The position numbers and the translations under genes were made by a program. From a virus (taxonomy: Duplodnaviria > Caudoviricetes): DNA of 64,000 bases. Each line of letters starts with the position of its first letter. Position 1 is the first letter of the stretch. Shown piece after piece: positions 50,271 to 59,377 of the stretch. The notes under the pieces are model-generated. The model made no database searches. It was not told the origin of the DNA and saw nothing but the letters and a program-made list of their open reading frames with translations. Where the stretch lies: the IMG/VR virus record IMGVR_UViG_3300028832_000100. One strand, given 5' to 3'.

Positions 50271-50781
50271 CTAATAGGTTGAAGTTTGTATGCTTATAAT
50301 TTAACAAGGATGGCTCAAAAACATCCTTATATTCTGGTACAATTTCACAAGCGATAGAAGCAGGATATATCATCGAAACTTCCATGCTTACTACACGGAA
50401 TAATCTGTCGGGAGTGTTATCAATACCACTTGGTATTGAAACTAATGCGCCAACTTGAATACCCGGTGTGTCATAAGCAAGATGTATCATAGAAGAATTT
50501 TCTTGTAATTCTGCTACCCAACCCATCTTCTTTAATGTCTTCTGCGTTGGATGCTCGTCAAATATACAACCAACTCTTATTGGGTCATAATGGGTTGTCT
50601 TAATTTCTGTGTAATTTGTGTAGTGCTTTCCGGGTTTTACTTGATAATACAAAATCTGTATTCCAAGCAAATCCACCATTTGCTGAAACCATATTCTATG
50701 AAGTTTTATATCAGGGGTGAGTAGTAATCCGAGATTTGGATTATGCTGTTCGTTCAACATCTCACCCCTCCCCTTCTTCAT
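50257..50781 (-). CDS. Head closure / neck protein (gp14-like; likely start 50760)
   Basis: Position; L.G....YY and LKKMGW patterns. Confidence 0.5.
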   Translation of the reverse strand: MKKGRGEMLNEQHNPNLGLLLTPDIKLHRIWFQQMVDLLGIQILYYQVKPGKHYTNYTEIKTTHYDPIRVGCIFDEHPTQKTLKKMGWVAELQENSSMIHLAYDTPGIQVGALVSIPSGIDNTPDRLFRVVSMEVSMIYPASIACEIVPEYKDVFEPSLLNYKHTNFNLLDEED

Positions 50782-51583
50782 CTTCTATACTTACTTGATC
50801 TGAATCCTTATCCGACTTTCTAAATCTATATGGATTTCCTTTTTGGAACTGTGTAGACTTCTTTCCATACTCATTAGATTTATCAATCTCACCCTTATCA
50901 GTTGCAAGAGCATCGTCATCGAAGACATCAAGTTGAATATCTCCTTCATACTCTTTTTCAAACAGAGCAGGATAAATAACAGTTTGATAAAGTTTCTTAT
51001 AATGAACACTCATGTACTTAATGTAGTTGTTTAGAACACTTGCTACTTTAATAAGCCATGAATGGTTTGATAGCGCAAGCATAATGTGCTTACACCCTGC
51101 GCCTAATGTGTTATTTGGGTTTGTTATGTTTGATGGTATATCTTGCCTCTCACCATATATAATGTTGTCTTTAGACAGGAAAAAACCGAATCTGTAAAAA
51201 AAATCGGGGCAGCTGCATCGTAAATAAACATTATCTCCATTAAATGCTCTTACAACAGATCGGATAATATCTCTTAATGTTATTACATCTCTTCCGTCAA
51301 GTTGTCTGTGGAGTTCCTTTAAGAACCCGCCAAAACTTATGGTAACAACATAATCTGCGGTTTCTCCTTGAACATCTATCCCAACGGTCAAAATGTCTTC
51401 TTTGAAAACCGAGTTCATGTTAATACTGTTAAAGTTTTTTACAGATGTTCCTATTTTGGATTTGACACGCTTTTCATATCGTGTCTTCCCATCTTTTTCT
51501 TTTTCTGCTCTCCTTGAACGGCTCACAAGTTGTGAACGAGTATCTTCAAGTATTCTTTTCACAACTTGCAACCCCCTTGACAA
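50762..51583 (-). CDS. SWIM zinc-finger protein
   Basis: CSCPDF.YRF...GCKH. Confidence 0.7.
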   Translation of the reverse strand: MSRGLQVVKRILEDTRSQLVSRSRRAEKEKDGKTRYEKRVKSKIGTSVKNFNSINMNSVFKEDILTVGIDVQGETADYVVTISFGGFLKELHRQLDGRDVITLRDIIRSVVRAFNGDNVYLRCSCPDFFYRFGFFLSKDNIIYGERQDIPSNITNPNNTLGAGCKHIMLALSNHSWLIKVASVLNNYIKYMSVHYKKLYQTVIYPALFEKEYEGDIQLDVFDDDALATDKGEIDKSNEYGKKSTQFQKGNPYRFRKSDKDSDQVSIEDEEGEG

Positions 51584-51607
51584 TATATACCGTCCCTAAA
51601 CAGAATA

Positions 51608-53437
51608 TTATTTCTTTCCAACAAGAACTCTTCCGTAGATTCTCTTTGCGTTTCCGTCCTTGTTTTCTTTTGCATTGTATTTATAAGTTAAACTTTCTGC
51701 AATAAATTTGCTTCCATCTACCTTACCAGTAAATGTAAATGCTCTCTTGCAGTTTGAAATACCTTTGTTTTCTCCGAGGATCTTAACCTTTCCTGTCTTT
51801 GTCTTGCATACTGACTCAAACATAAAGGAAGTATCTCTGTTCTTACCTGACTTAAATCCGATTACACCTTCAACGATGAGTTTTCCATCTTCAAGTTTGC
51901 AACTTTTTGACTTGAATGAATTTACATTCTCATAAACTCTCTTCAAATAACTTTCTCCAAGTTCATCGATCTGTTCTTCATCAACCTCATCGATGTCATC
52001 AAGACTAATTTCATCAGACTTGATTTCCTCAATGGTTTCGTCAGAAGCAGGAACAATCATTTCGTCTTTTGACTCTCCTTCTTCTTTCTTCTCGGTTTCA
52101 ATACGGATTTTTTCTTTGTCGGTTTCGACCTCTATTTTTTCAACAGATTCTTCAACCTTCTTATCTTTTTTAGAACATTTCTCTGACTTGCAACTTTCTT
52201 CAAGTGTGCCAATATAAGAGAACACTTCTTCCTTTTCCTCGTCTGTGTCATAAACACCGGCACATTCTTTATCTACAAATTCAAGTGCAACATCTGCGCC
52301 AGAGCGACCGACCTTTTTCTTGAACTTTTCCCACTCATCTGCAATGGTGGCAAGTTCTCCGTAAGACAGACCTTCTTTGATTTCTTTCTTCTCGTCATCT
52401 CTTTGAGCATCAGCATCGTCAATCGTTTTCTTCAATGCTTTCCTTGCTTTTTCAACACGGTTGTCGCGCTTTGCATCAATACGATCTGTTTTAGAAGTCT
52501 TATCTTCTTTTACTTTCTTAAATGTTTTCTTTACAGACTTTCCACAGGATTCTTCCATGCTCTGTGGGTAATCAGAAGCAATTTGATTTCTACTGTCTGC
52601 CTTAAACCCATGTTGCTTCAAAAACTCTTTTACATGACGGAGAGTGGTGGCAGACAAATCCCACTTCGGTAGAAGAGTAACTTCACCCTTTTCAATTATT
52701 GCAACTGGTGTATCATAAGAGTAAAGTGTTTCCTTATCCCCTTGAACATCTACCTGTGCTTTCCCACCAAAAGACTTTCTGCTATCAAATTGAGTGTTGA
52801 GACCATAAATTGGAGATTCTTTAAGACCGTTTTTCTTTAACTGATAGTCTCTATCGGAATCAGCATCATCTTTCTTACGCATGAATCTCGCTCTTGCTCT
52901 TTCTTTTTTGTTATCTGCAATAGCGTCGATATCGTCACGAGTTCTAGGAGTTACTTTTCTTCCCTCTTTGAGAGATTCTCCAAGACCTTCTTCATCGGTG
53001 AAGTCATCTTCTTTTTCGGAAACCTTGACTTTTTCCTCGTCGCCTTTTTCTCCCTCTTCTGTCTTGTTTTCAACTTCCAACTCAACATCAGAATAGGGTG
53101 CTACTTCACCAATAACTTCAAACCCACCAACATCATGGCAGTAAGGACATTCCACTGAAATATCAACAAGGTCAGAATCTTCATCATAAGTAATCTTGTC
53201 CTTGTCTGCGTAGTGCATGGTATGGCAAATCGGGCAGTTGAGAATTACTTTTCCAACATAGGAATCTTCAATATCCCCTTCGTCATCTGCTTCCATGTCA
53301 ATGACTTCAACAGTTTCATCTGCAATGTCATCATCAAGAAAATCCTTTAACTTTTCTGTGCCTTCCTTTGAGAGTTCAAAAAGTTCTTCATCAAGGCAAT
53401 CAAGTTTTTTGAAGGCTTCAGCTATATAATTAGCCAT
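51608..53437 (-). CDS. Acidic modular head/core protein with zinc ribbon
   Basis: CPIC..CPYC; modules bounded by ES motifs; internal repeat. Confidence 0.55.
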   Translation of the reverse strand: MANYIAEAFKKLDCLDEELFELSKEGTEKLKDFLDDDIADETVEVIDMEADDEGDIEDSYVGKVILNCPICHTMHYADKDKITYDEDSDLVDISVECPYCHDVGGFEVIGEVAPYSDVELEVENKTEEGEKGDEEKVKVSEKEDDFTDEEGLGESLKEGRKVTPRTRDDIDAIADNKKERARARFMRKKDDADSDRDYQLKKNGLKESPIYGLNTQFDSRKSFGGKAQVDVQGDKETLYSYDTPVAIIEKGEVTLLPKWDLSATTLRHVKEFLKQHGFKADSRNQIASDYPQSMEESCGKSVKKTFKKVKEDKTSKTDRIDAKRDNRVEKARKALKKTIDDADAQRDDEKKEIKEGLSYGELATIADEWEKFKKKVGRSGADVALEFVDKECAGVYDTDEEKEEVFSYIGTLEESCKSEKCSKKDKKVEESVEKIEVETDKEKIRIETEKKEEGESKDEMIVPASDETIEEIKSDEISLDDIDEVDEEQIDELGESYLKRVYENVNSFKSKSCKLEDGKLIVEGVIGFKSGKNRDTSFMFESVCKTKTGKVKILGENKGISNCKRAFTFTGKVDGSKFIAESLTYKYNAKENKDGNAKRIYGRVLVGKK

Positions 53438-53508
53438 TTTACAAAATACCTCTCTTAAATAAATATATTTTCAATGGCTACTATTATAGCCAAAAATGAA
53501 GTTCATAA

Positions 53509-54222
53509 TTAGTCTACTGGATATGGTAAAGACATATTGGTATCAAGGAACTCTCTCAATGCCGTAAGTTCTGTATTTCCTTCTTCCAACATTGTTTCCC
53601 CGTCTTGTGTCCATAAAGCATTGGATTGAGTAAATCTTGTTCTTATTCTTCCAAGAGCAATTTTACATCTTGCTAATGACATTCTATGAATAATATCAAT
53701 CCAGAAATCAGATGTAATCTGTGACACATCATCAAATCTCGGTATATATTCTATTGTTATCGCTTGCGGAAAATCATAAGAGCAATTTACATATAATTTT
53801 TCAGAAGGTTTATCATACCGATATGTCAAGTCTGTTGAAATTGTATTTCTTATCTGTAATGCTATGTTCCATGCAGCATAGTTCTGTGCAAATGTTTGTA
53901 TGCCATAAGTACCACCATTACCCGAAAGCATCTGCCATTGAGCAAGATACATGGGATCCATTGGTGTTCCTAACTCACCTTCTCCACCAACCATATATCC
54001 AACGGCACGATAAACGGCTGCAACGGAACTTATCTCATATTTTGAAACATCAATACAAGGACTATATGGGACAGTAACTATTGCTGTTGTATTTATATAT
54101 CTCTGTACTTCTCTTAATGAGGAAGATATCGCTAAGGCAAGCGCAGAGTCGTCAATCTCTAAGGTAAGAACACCACCGGATAACTCAAATTTTATTTCTT
54201 CCATGAGAGCAGACATATCCAT
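53509..54222 (-). CDS. Neck / head-tail adaptor (gp13-like)
   Basis: I...L.G....LEI, W.......LA..K..LG.IR.RF, DGETML.EG..E. Confidence 0.75.
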   Translation of the reverse strand: MDMSALMEEIKFELSGGVLTLEIDDSALALAISSSLREVQRYINTTAIVTVPYSPCIDVSKYEISSVAAVYRAVGYMVGGEGELGTPMDPMYLAQWQMLSGNGGTYGIQTFAQNYAAWNIALQIRNTISTDLTYRYDKPSEKLYVNCSYDFPQAITIEYIPRFDDVSQITSDFWIDIIHRMSLARCKIALGRIRTRFTQSNALWTQDGETMLEEGNTELTALREFLDTNMSLPYPVD

Positions 54223-54249
54223 CGGTAATTCCTCCTTTTAATTATCAGT

Positions 54250-54280
54250 CAGAAGGGCGTTAAATGAATAACGCCCTTCT
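54250..54280. terminator. Stem-loop downstream of the MCP gene
   Basis: AGAAGGGCGTTA...TAACGCCCTTCT. Confidence 0.5.
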
Positions 54281-54359
54281 TCATATTTTTGCTCTACAAT
54301 TCTATACAATTTTAGCAAGAATATTTCCCTGCTTATTGTATGTTCTGATACAATTTCTA

Positions 54360-57300
54360 TCAGCCAGCAGTAGCAGTGTATACAGGACTTGCGTTAGTAC
54401 CATATACACGAGAAGCACCCTCAACCTTACCTGCAACAAGAAGCAGAGGATTGAGAACCTTCAGATCGTACATTGTGGACCCAATTGTATTTATTATAAG
54501 TCGCTACCTTATAACGGGAATCTTCTTCCCCTCTTACTTTCATAAGAGTTTAGACTATATCTTCATCCTTTTCAGGATGCACACCATTTCGGATTTGCTT
54601 AAATCCTACTCCCATATTTGGGATAGTCGTTGAACCTTCAGATCAAAGATCAGCTTGGCTGCTGATTGCCCATTGCATCTTTCATTTAGGTTTGCGCCTT
54701 GTGAAAATCCATTCTATTGTTTCTACTTTCGTAACCATTTAGGTTAGAATGGCTTTAGGGGTTTCCAGCAATTAAATGTGTTATTTTTACTACACATTAC
54801 TGTGTAGCAGACCTTTACGCTGACTTCTTATGCAGCGTATTCCAAGCCTTGAGTAGTTCCACCGTCGCTGTACTGCAACAGCTGAGTGGGAACAACTGGC
54901 ATATCGTTTATGTTTTATGTGGATCACTACACCACATATTGCTTATTAGCAACTCTATATTTCTATAGAGACCAGACTATATTATCATCTTTTCAGATGT
55001 GTAACCTTTCGGATTCGTTTGAACCCTACACCGCGCTACCGGTTAGTCGTTGAACCTTTTCCTATTCGGAACTTGGCTGCTGATTGCCCAATCCAAATAA
55101 TTTTCAAACATTCGCACTTATCCTTTCAGATTATGCTGTAGTTTATTTGGCTCTAAGGGTTTTCCAGCAATTAGTTACATTATCAATTGATTATTTCTAA
55201 TCAATGCCACTATAGATTGGATTGTTTTTAAGCAACCAATTCTAATGGAGCGTACACAGCTGCACTACTCATCATGTCCTCACCGTTAAGACCAAATGCA
55301 AACTTACCGGATGCAATGGAAGGAGATACAAAGATCTTGATTCCATTATAGGTCTGTTTTCTTTTCTATCAATCGTTACTTGATAGAGATAATTTCTTAT
55401 CCTCTTACTTTCATAAGAGCAGAGACTATATCTTCACCCAACGCATTGGGTGCAACCCATTTCGATACCACTTGATATCTACTCCAGATTTGGTCTGGAT
55501 AGTCGTTGAACCTTTTCCTATTCGGAACTTGGCTGCTGATTACCTAATCATAGCAACTTCTTAAAACTATCACAATTTGGCTTGTTTCATCCATTTGTTG
55601 TAGTGTACTACGCTCTAAAGGTTTTCCAGCAATTAGAGTTGTCTATTATTCTGCACATCTCTGTGCAGCCTGGCTATAAAGTTTAACCAGCAAGATATGG
55701 ACCGTTTACACGGGAGATTCCTTCAGCGGGTTTGAATCCACTAAGGAAGGAAATAACACGAAGAACATCAGGAGCGATCAGCATGTAGTTAGGACTGACT
55801 ATTGTGTTTACTGAAAATCGCTACTTTTCAGCACGATAATATACATGCTTGATATTATCGTCACATACTTTCATATGTGTACAGACTATATCTTCACCCT
55901 ATTTAATAGGGGCAACTCACTTCGATTTCGCTTGAAATCTACTCCATAAAGGATAGTCGTTGGGGCTGTAACTACTTGAGTTCCCTGCCTGCTGATTTCC
56001 CAATCCTCTAACTTTTCAAACCTTCATATCTTCATCGCTGAAATACTGTGGTATAGAGGCTATAAGGGGTTTCCAGCATATCGAGTTGTTTATTTTTACG
56101 CTACATCACTGTAACGAGAAGCTATAAAATTTAACTTCTGAGTTCTGTTGTAAATAATGACACGACCTGCTTCGATGATATCTGCAAATGACTCAAAGTG
56201 CTGAGCCATAGAAATACCAACAGGAACAGTGCGGTCAAAAGTAAGGGTGGCAAGTTCATCAACAGATGTTGCTTCCTCTGCAGTCTTCACAAGAAGATTG
56301 ACTACTTCAGTGTCAATTTCCAAATATGTTACGAATAAGTCAATTTCGCTTATTCTCTATAACTTATGTATTTGTTATAGTTCAGACTATATCATGTACC
56401 TATATTGATTTATCCTTTATAGGTACCCATGCACTTCCACCTCTTTGAGGTGTACTCTACTCATTTATTCATCTGAATATTTCTTTCAGATTATACTTTC
56501 GATAGTCGTTGAGCGTTATTTATTTAGATGATACTATGTACCATCCTTGATTTATATAAGCATCAATATTAAAATCTTGAATCATTCTGTATTTAGGAAA
56601 TATCACATCGTGTGACATTTTTCTTCTTCCTAAATGTGAAAGCCTATCAAGAAGTTTCTGATTTTCTGACTGGGATTTTCCAAACATTCCATTATTTTCA
56701 CCAGACGACAATGCACTGTGTAGCATCTTTAATTCATCTGACTGATGCCAACGATTTCCATAATTACTGTTTTTAGAACCAATTCTTTCGGTTCTAAACT
56801 TTTTCTTCGTTTCATCAGAATGTTTGCGACCTTTGAACATCGGTCCTCCCGGTCCACAATCTCCACCCTTACGTTTGTTGTATCCAACCAATGGGTTTCT
56901 TGAATCTAATTTATCAATCCAGAAGATTTCCTTCTGATTTAATTCATCTAAACTGTCTGCGGAATCTATCATCTCAACAGACAATCTTTCTTCAAGTGGT
57001 ATATTGTCTTGCAAGCATTTCTTTCTTATTCTTGAAATAAGAAGACCACTTCCAACGTACTTAATACCAACAAACTTGCTTGAGTGGTGTTTTCCAACGT
57101 AAATTTTTCCGTTAGATAGATCAGTTGTTTTATAAATATATCCAAACATTTTATACCTCCGAAGTACAAAACATAATAAAAGTGCGGTAATCTGAAATTT
57201 CGGAGATTTCAGAATTGGTAGCTACTCCCTTGTCCCGCACAATATATGATACAATTTTATATTGTGCTTTATATCAAGTTTTCAATAAATCTTCGCTGCT

Positions 57301-59355
57301 GATTGCCATGCAGATGACACTAATCTGCAAGGTTTTCCAGCAATTCACATGGTTTTCACTAATATATTGCTATATTAGGCTACAAAAAGTTTATAGTTCA
57401 GTTCTGCAACAGCACGTTCTGCCAGCTGCTCTCCAAGATCAAAACCATAATCCTGCTTTGCCTGCCATGCAGCAATGTTTGAATAGTACACGGCAATTCT
57501 ACGCGCTTTTGCAAGCAGAGGCATAGCCTTCATCTCAGCAGTGAGAATAGGAAGATCGTTCTGAGGAATGACAACATTATTATAGTTGTAATTGAATACA
57601 ACATTACCAGTGATTCCGCTAGTAAGAGTGATAGCAGGAGTGCCAGTAGAGTAAATCTGTTCAACACCGTTGTAAGCAACACCCTTGGTAGCAGTATTAC
57701 CATAAACGATAGTACCTGCTTCGGATGCGCCAGTAATGTTCTTCACAAAACGACCAGCGACACCTTCGAGATGTCCGTTGTTAGGATCAACTGCTTCGGT
57801 TACATAGTTAGTAACAACTGTAACAGCTGCTCCATCTGCATAACTGTAGATTTTACCGTTACCATCATCAAGGTAGTTAGTGGTGCCAACCTTGAAGGAA
57901 ACGGTGCCGGGGACTACAGGACCCCAGTTAAGAGCGATTGAGGTAGTAGAATCTGCAAAACTCTTGGATTCTTCAACCTTAGATGCTGTGAAATCGGTGT
58001 CAACCTTTCCACGAGCAAAAGGATTCTCAATCAGATCACCAACGCTTGTCTTACCTTTATTTGAGCCATATGAGTATTCAAGATAGTTTACCAATTGTGT
58101 TACGAATACTTCGCTTATAAAAGTATTCTCTGCATATTTCTATGCAGTTCGGACTATATTATCAGCCAAGATTGTTTTGTCCTCTCTTGGTTGCCAGCTC
58201 TTTCCATTCCACTTGGAATGTACTCTACTCACTTCTTCACAAGAATATTTCTTTCTTGCTATGCTTTCGATAGTCTCTGAACCTCCCACTATACAATGGT
58301 TTGGCTGCTGATTGTCCTTTCGGAGTTTCCAGCAATTTAACTGGTTTTTGTCATTCATGTTACCATGAAAGGGTTACGTCATGCTACATAACCACTCATG
58401 CTCGACATCGGGTAAGTAATTACCAAATCACATTTATCTTGCGTGTAAATCGTTTCCACTTACACTCTTATCATCACTGATAAGATGAGACTATATCATA
58501 GTCCAAACTTGATTTATCCTTATTTGGATTCCATGCACTTCGACTTCACTTGAAGCCTACTCTACTCATTTATTCTCTATTGTTTTTCTCAATAGATATA
58601 CTTTCGATAGTCGTTGAACCTTCCTGCCAAATTAGGCAGACTTGGTTGCTGATTGTCTTAATGGCTAATTTTTAAGACTTCCCAGCAATTCACATGGTTT
58701 TTTCTGCAAACATTACTATTTGCAGCCTCTGTTAAAAGGCAATAAGATTTGGTACGGTAATATTTACCAAATTTAGTGCAAATTTCTTAACATTTTTATT
58801 GCAATATGCACAATTATGCATATTTCTTGATATTACTATCAAGATTAGACTATATCATCATCCAATATTGCTTTTACCCTTTATTGGATGCCTCGCGCTT
58901 CGGAAACTTTTGCTCCTACTCTACTCATTTACTCATCATCATTTTTCTTGATAACTACATTTTCGATAGTCGTTAAACCTTCCGTTCAAAGAACGGCTTG
59001 GATTTTTGTTGTCCTACTGATTGCACTATTTCAATAGGAGTTTCAAAAAGTTCACGAGGTTTTCTACATAATATGAATTTAAGGGCTAACTTCTTAAATT
59101 GTTCTCATATCTGTAGGATCTCAATAAATATTACTATTTATTGCTCCTTTATATGGGAAAGAGTCCCATGTCGGAACGCTGGGTTCCAACGGAGTTCTCA
59201 AACTGCTCAGTGAGAAACTTGGAAGTGTTGTCAAGAAGTCTTGCAACAGCAATCTTCTTGGCTTCAGTAATGCGAGTACCGTTGTGTGCCTTCATGTGAA
59301 CACGGTCGGCAACAGCAAGACGGTTCTTGTACTGTTCAAATAGTTTGTTAGCCAT
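54360..59355 (-). CDS. Major capsid protein (T4 gp23-like), 9 exons: 59355-59160, 58790-58736, 58430-58388, 58091-57393, 56320-56134, 55798-55686, 55353-55245, 54904-54845, 54481-54360 (527 aa)
   Basis: Spliced frame is continuous (1584 nt) with gp23-like motifs PNLIAFDLVITYPM, QAKQDYG.D, ELNYEIDTE, PNYML, GPYLAGT, AVYAPYMP, QGWSTMYD; follows the prohead protease. Confidence 0.93.
54482..54844 (-). mobile_element. Group I intron MCP-I8 (363 nt, no ORF)
   Basis: P1 AGGCU|U / AGGUCU; AAUUGCUGG, CAAUCAGCAGCCAAG, AACGACUA, GAUAUAGUCUA; omega-G. Confidence 0.9.
54905..55244 (-). mobile_element. Group I intron MCP-I7 (340 nt, no ORF)
   Basis: P1 CCAU|UA / UAGUGG; same core motifs; omega-G. Confidence 0.9.
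55354..55685 (-). mobile_element. Group I intron MCP-I6 (332 nt, no ORF)
   Basis: P1 CUGGU|UA / UAGCCAG; core motifs; omega-G. Confidence 0.9.
55799..56133 (-). mobile_element. Group I intron MCP-I5 (335 nt, no ORF)
   Basis: P1 AGAAGU|UA / UAGCUUCU; core motifs; omega-G. Confidence 0.9.
56321..57392 (-). mobile_element. Group I intron MCP-I4 (1072 nt) with GIY-YIG ORF between P6 and P7
   Basis: P1 CUAU|AAA / UUUGUAG; core motifs; omega-G. Confidence 0.9.
56520..57149 (-). CDS. Intron-encoded GIY-YIG homing endonuclease with NUMOD3-like repeats
   Basis: GYIYKTT..NGKIYVGKH..Y.GSG, GYN...GG, HSDETKKK. Confidence 0.92.
   Translation of the reverse strand: MFGYIYKTTDLSNGKIYVGKHHSSKFVGIKYVGSGLLISRIRKKCLQDNIPLEERLSVEMIDSADSLDELNQKEIFWIDKLDSRNPLVGYNKRKGGDCGPGGPMFKGRKHSDETKKKFRTERIGSKNSNYGNRWHQSDELKMLHSALSSGENNGMFGKSQSENQKLLDRLSHLGRRKMSHDVIFPKYRMIQDFNIDAYINQGWYIVSSK
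58092..58387 (-). mobile_element. Group I intron MCP-I3 (296 nt, no ORF)
   Basis: P1 GGUUAU|GU / ACGUAACC; AGAGACUA, AUAUAGUCCG; omega-G. Confidence 0.9.
58431..58735 (-). mobile_element. Group I intron MCP-I2 (305 nt, no ORF)
   Basis: P1 GCCUU|U / AGAGGC; core motifs; omega-G. Confidence 0.9.
58791..59159 (-). mobile_element. Group I intron MCP-I1 (369 nt, no ORF)
   Basis: P1 CUCU|UU / AAGGAG; P4 variant UUUUUG/CAAAAA; AACGACUA, GAUAUAGUCUA; omega-G. Confidence 0.88.
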
Positions 59356-59377
59356 AGTTTTAGTTTTTCCTTTTTTG

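Noticed and set aside
54830-54844. Start of intron 8 reads W-N-T-L-H, similar to the true junction W-S-T-M-Y
   Set aside because: Only about half the nucleotides match over 15 nt and the segment is part of the P1 extension; much weaker than the intron 1 case.
58140-58358. 72-aa ORF inside MCP intron 3
   Set aside because: Its translation (LNCWK, NQQP, SETIES, IVRTA) is simply the conserved ribozyme core read in frame.
54360-59355. Reading the MCP region as a decayed pseudogene, recoded gene, group II introns or a CRISPR-like array
   Set aside because: The recurring blocks are group I core motifs inside 300-370 nt structured inserts. The junctions follow the U|...G rule and restore a perfect frame. 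There is no GUGYG start, no RT ORF and no regular repeat-spacer period.
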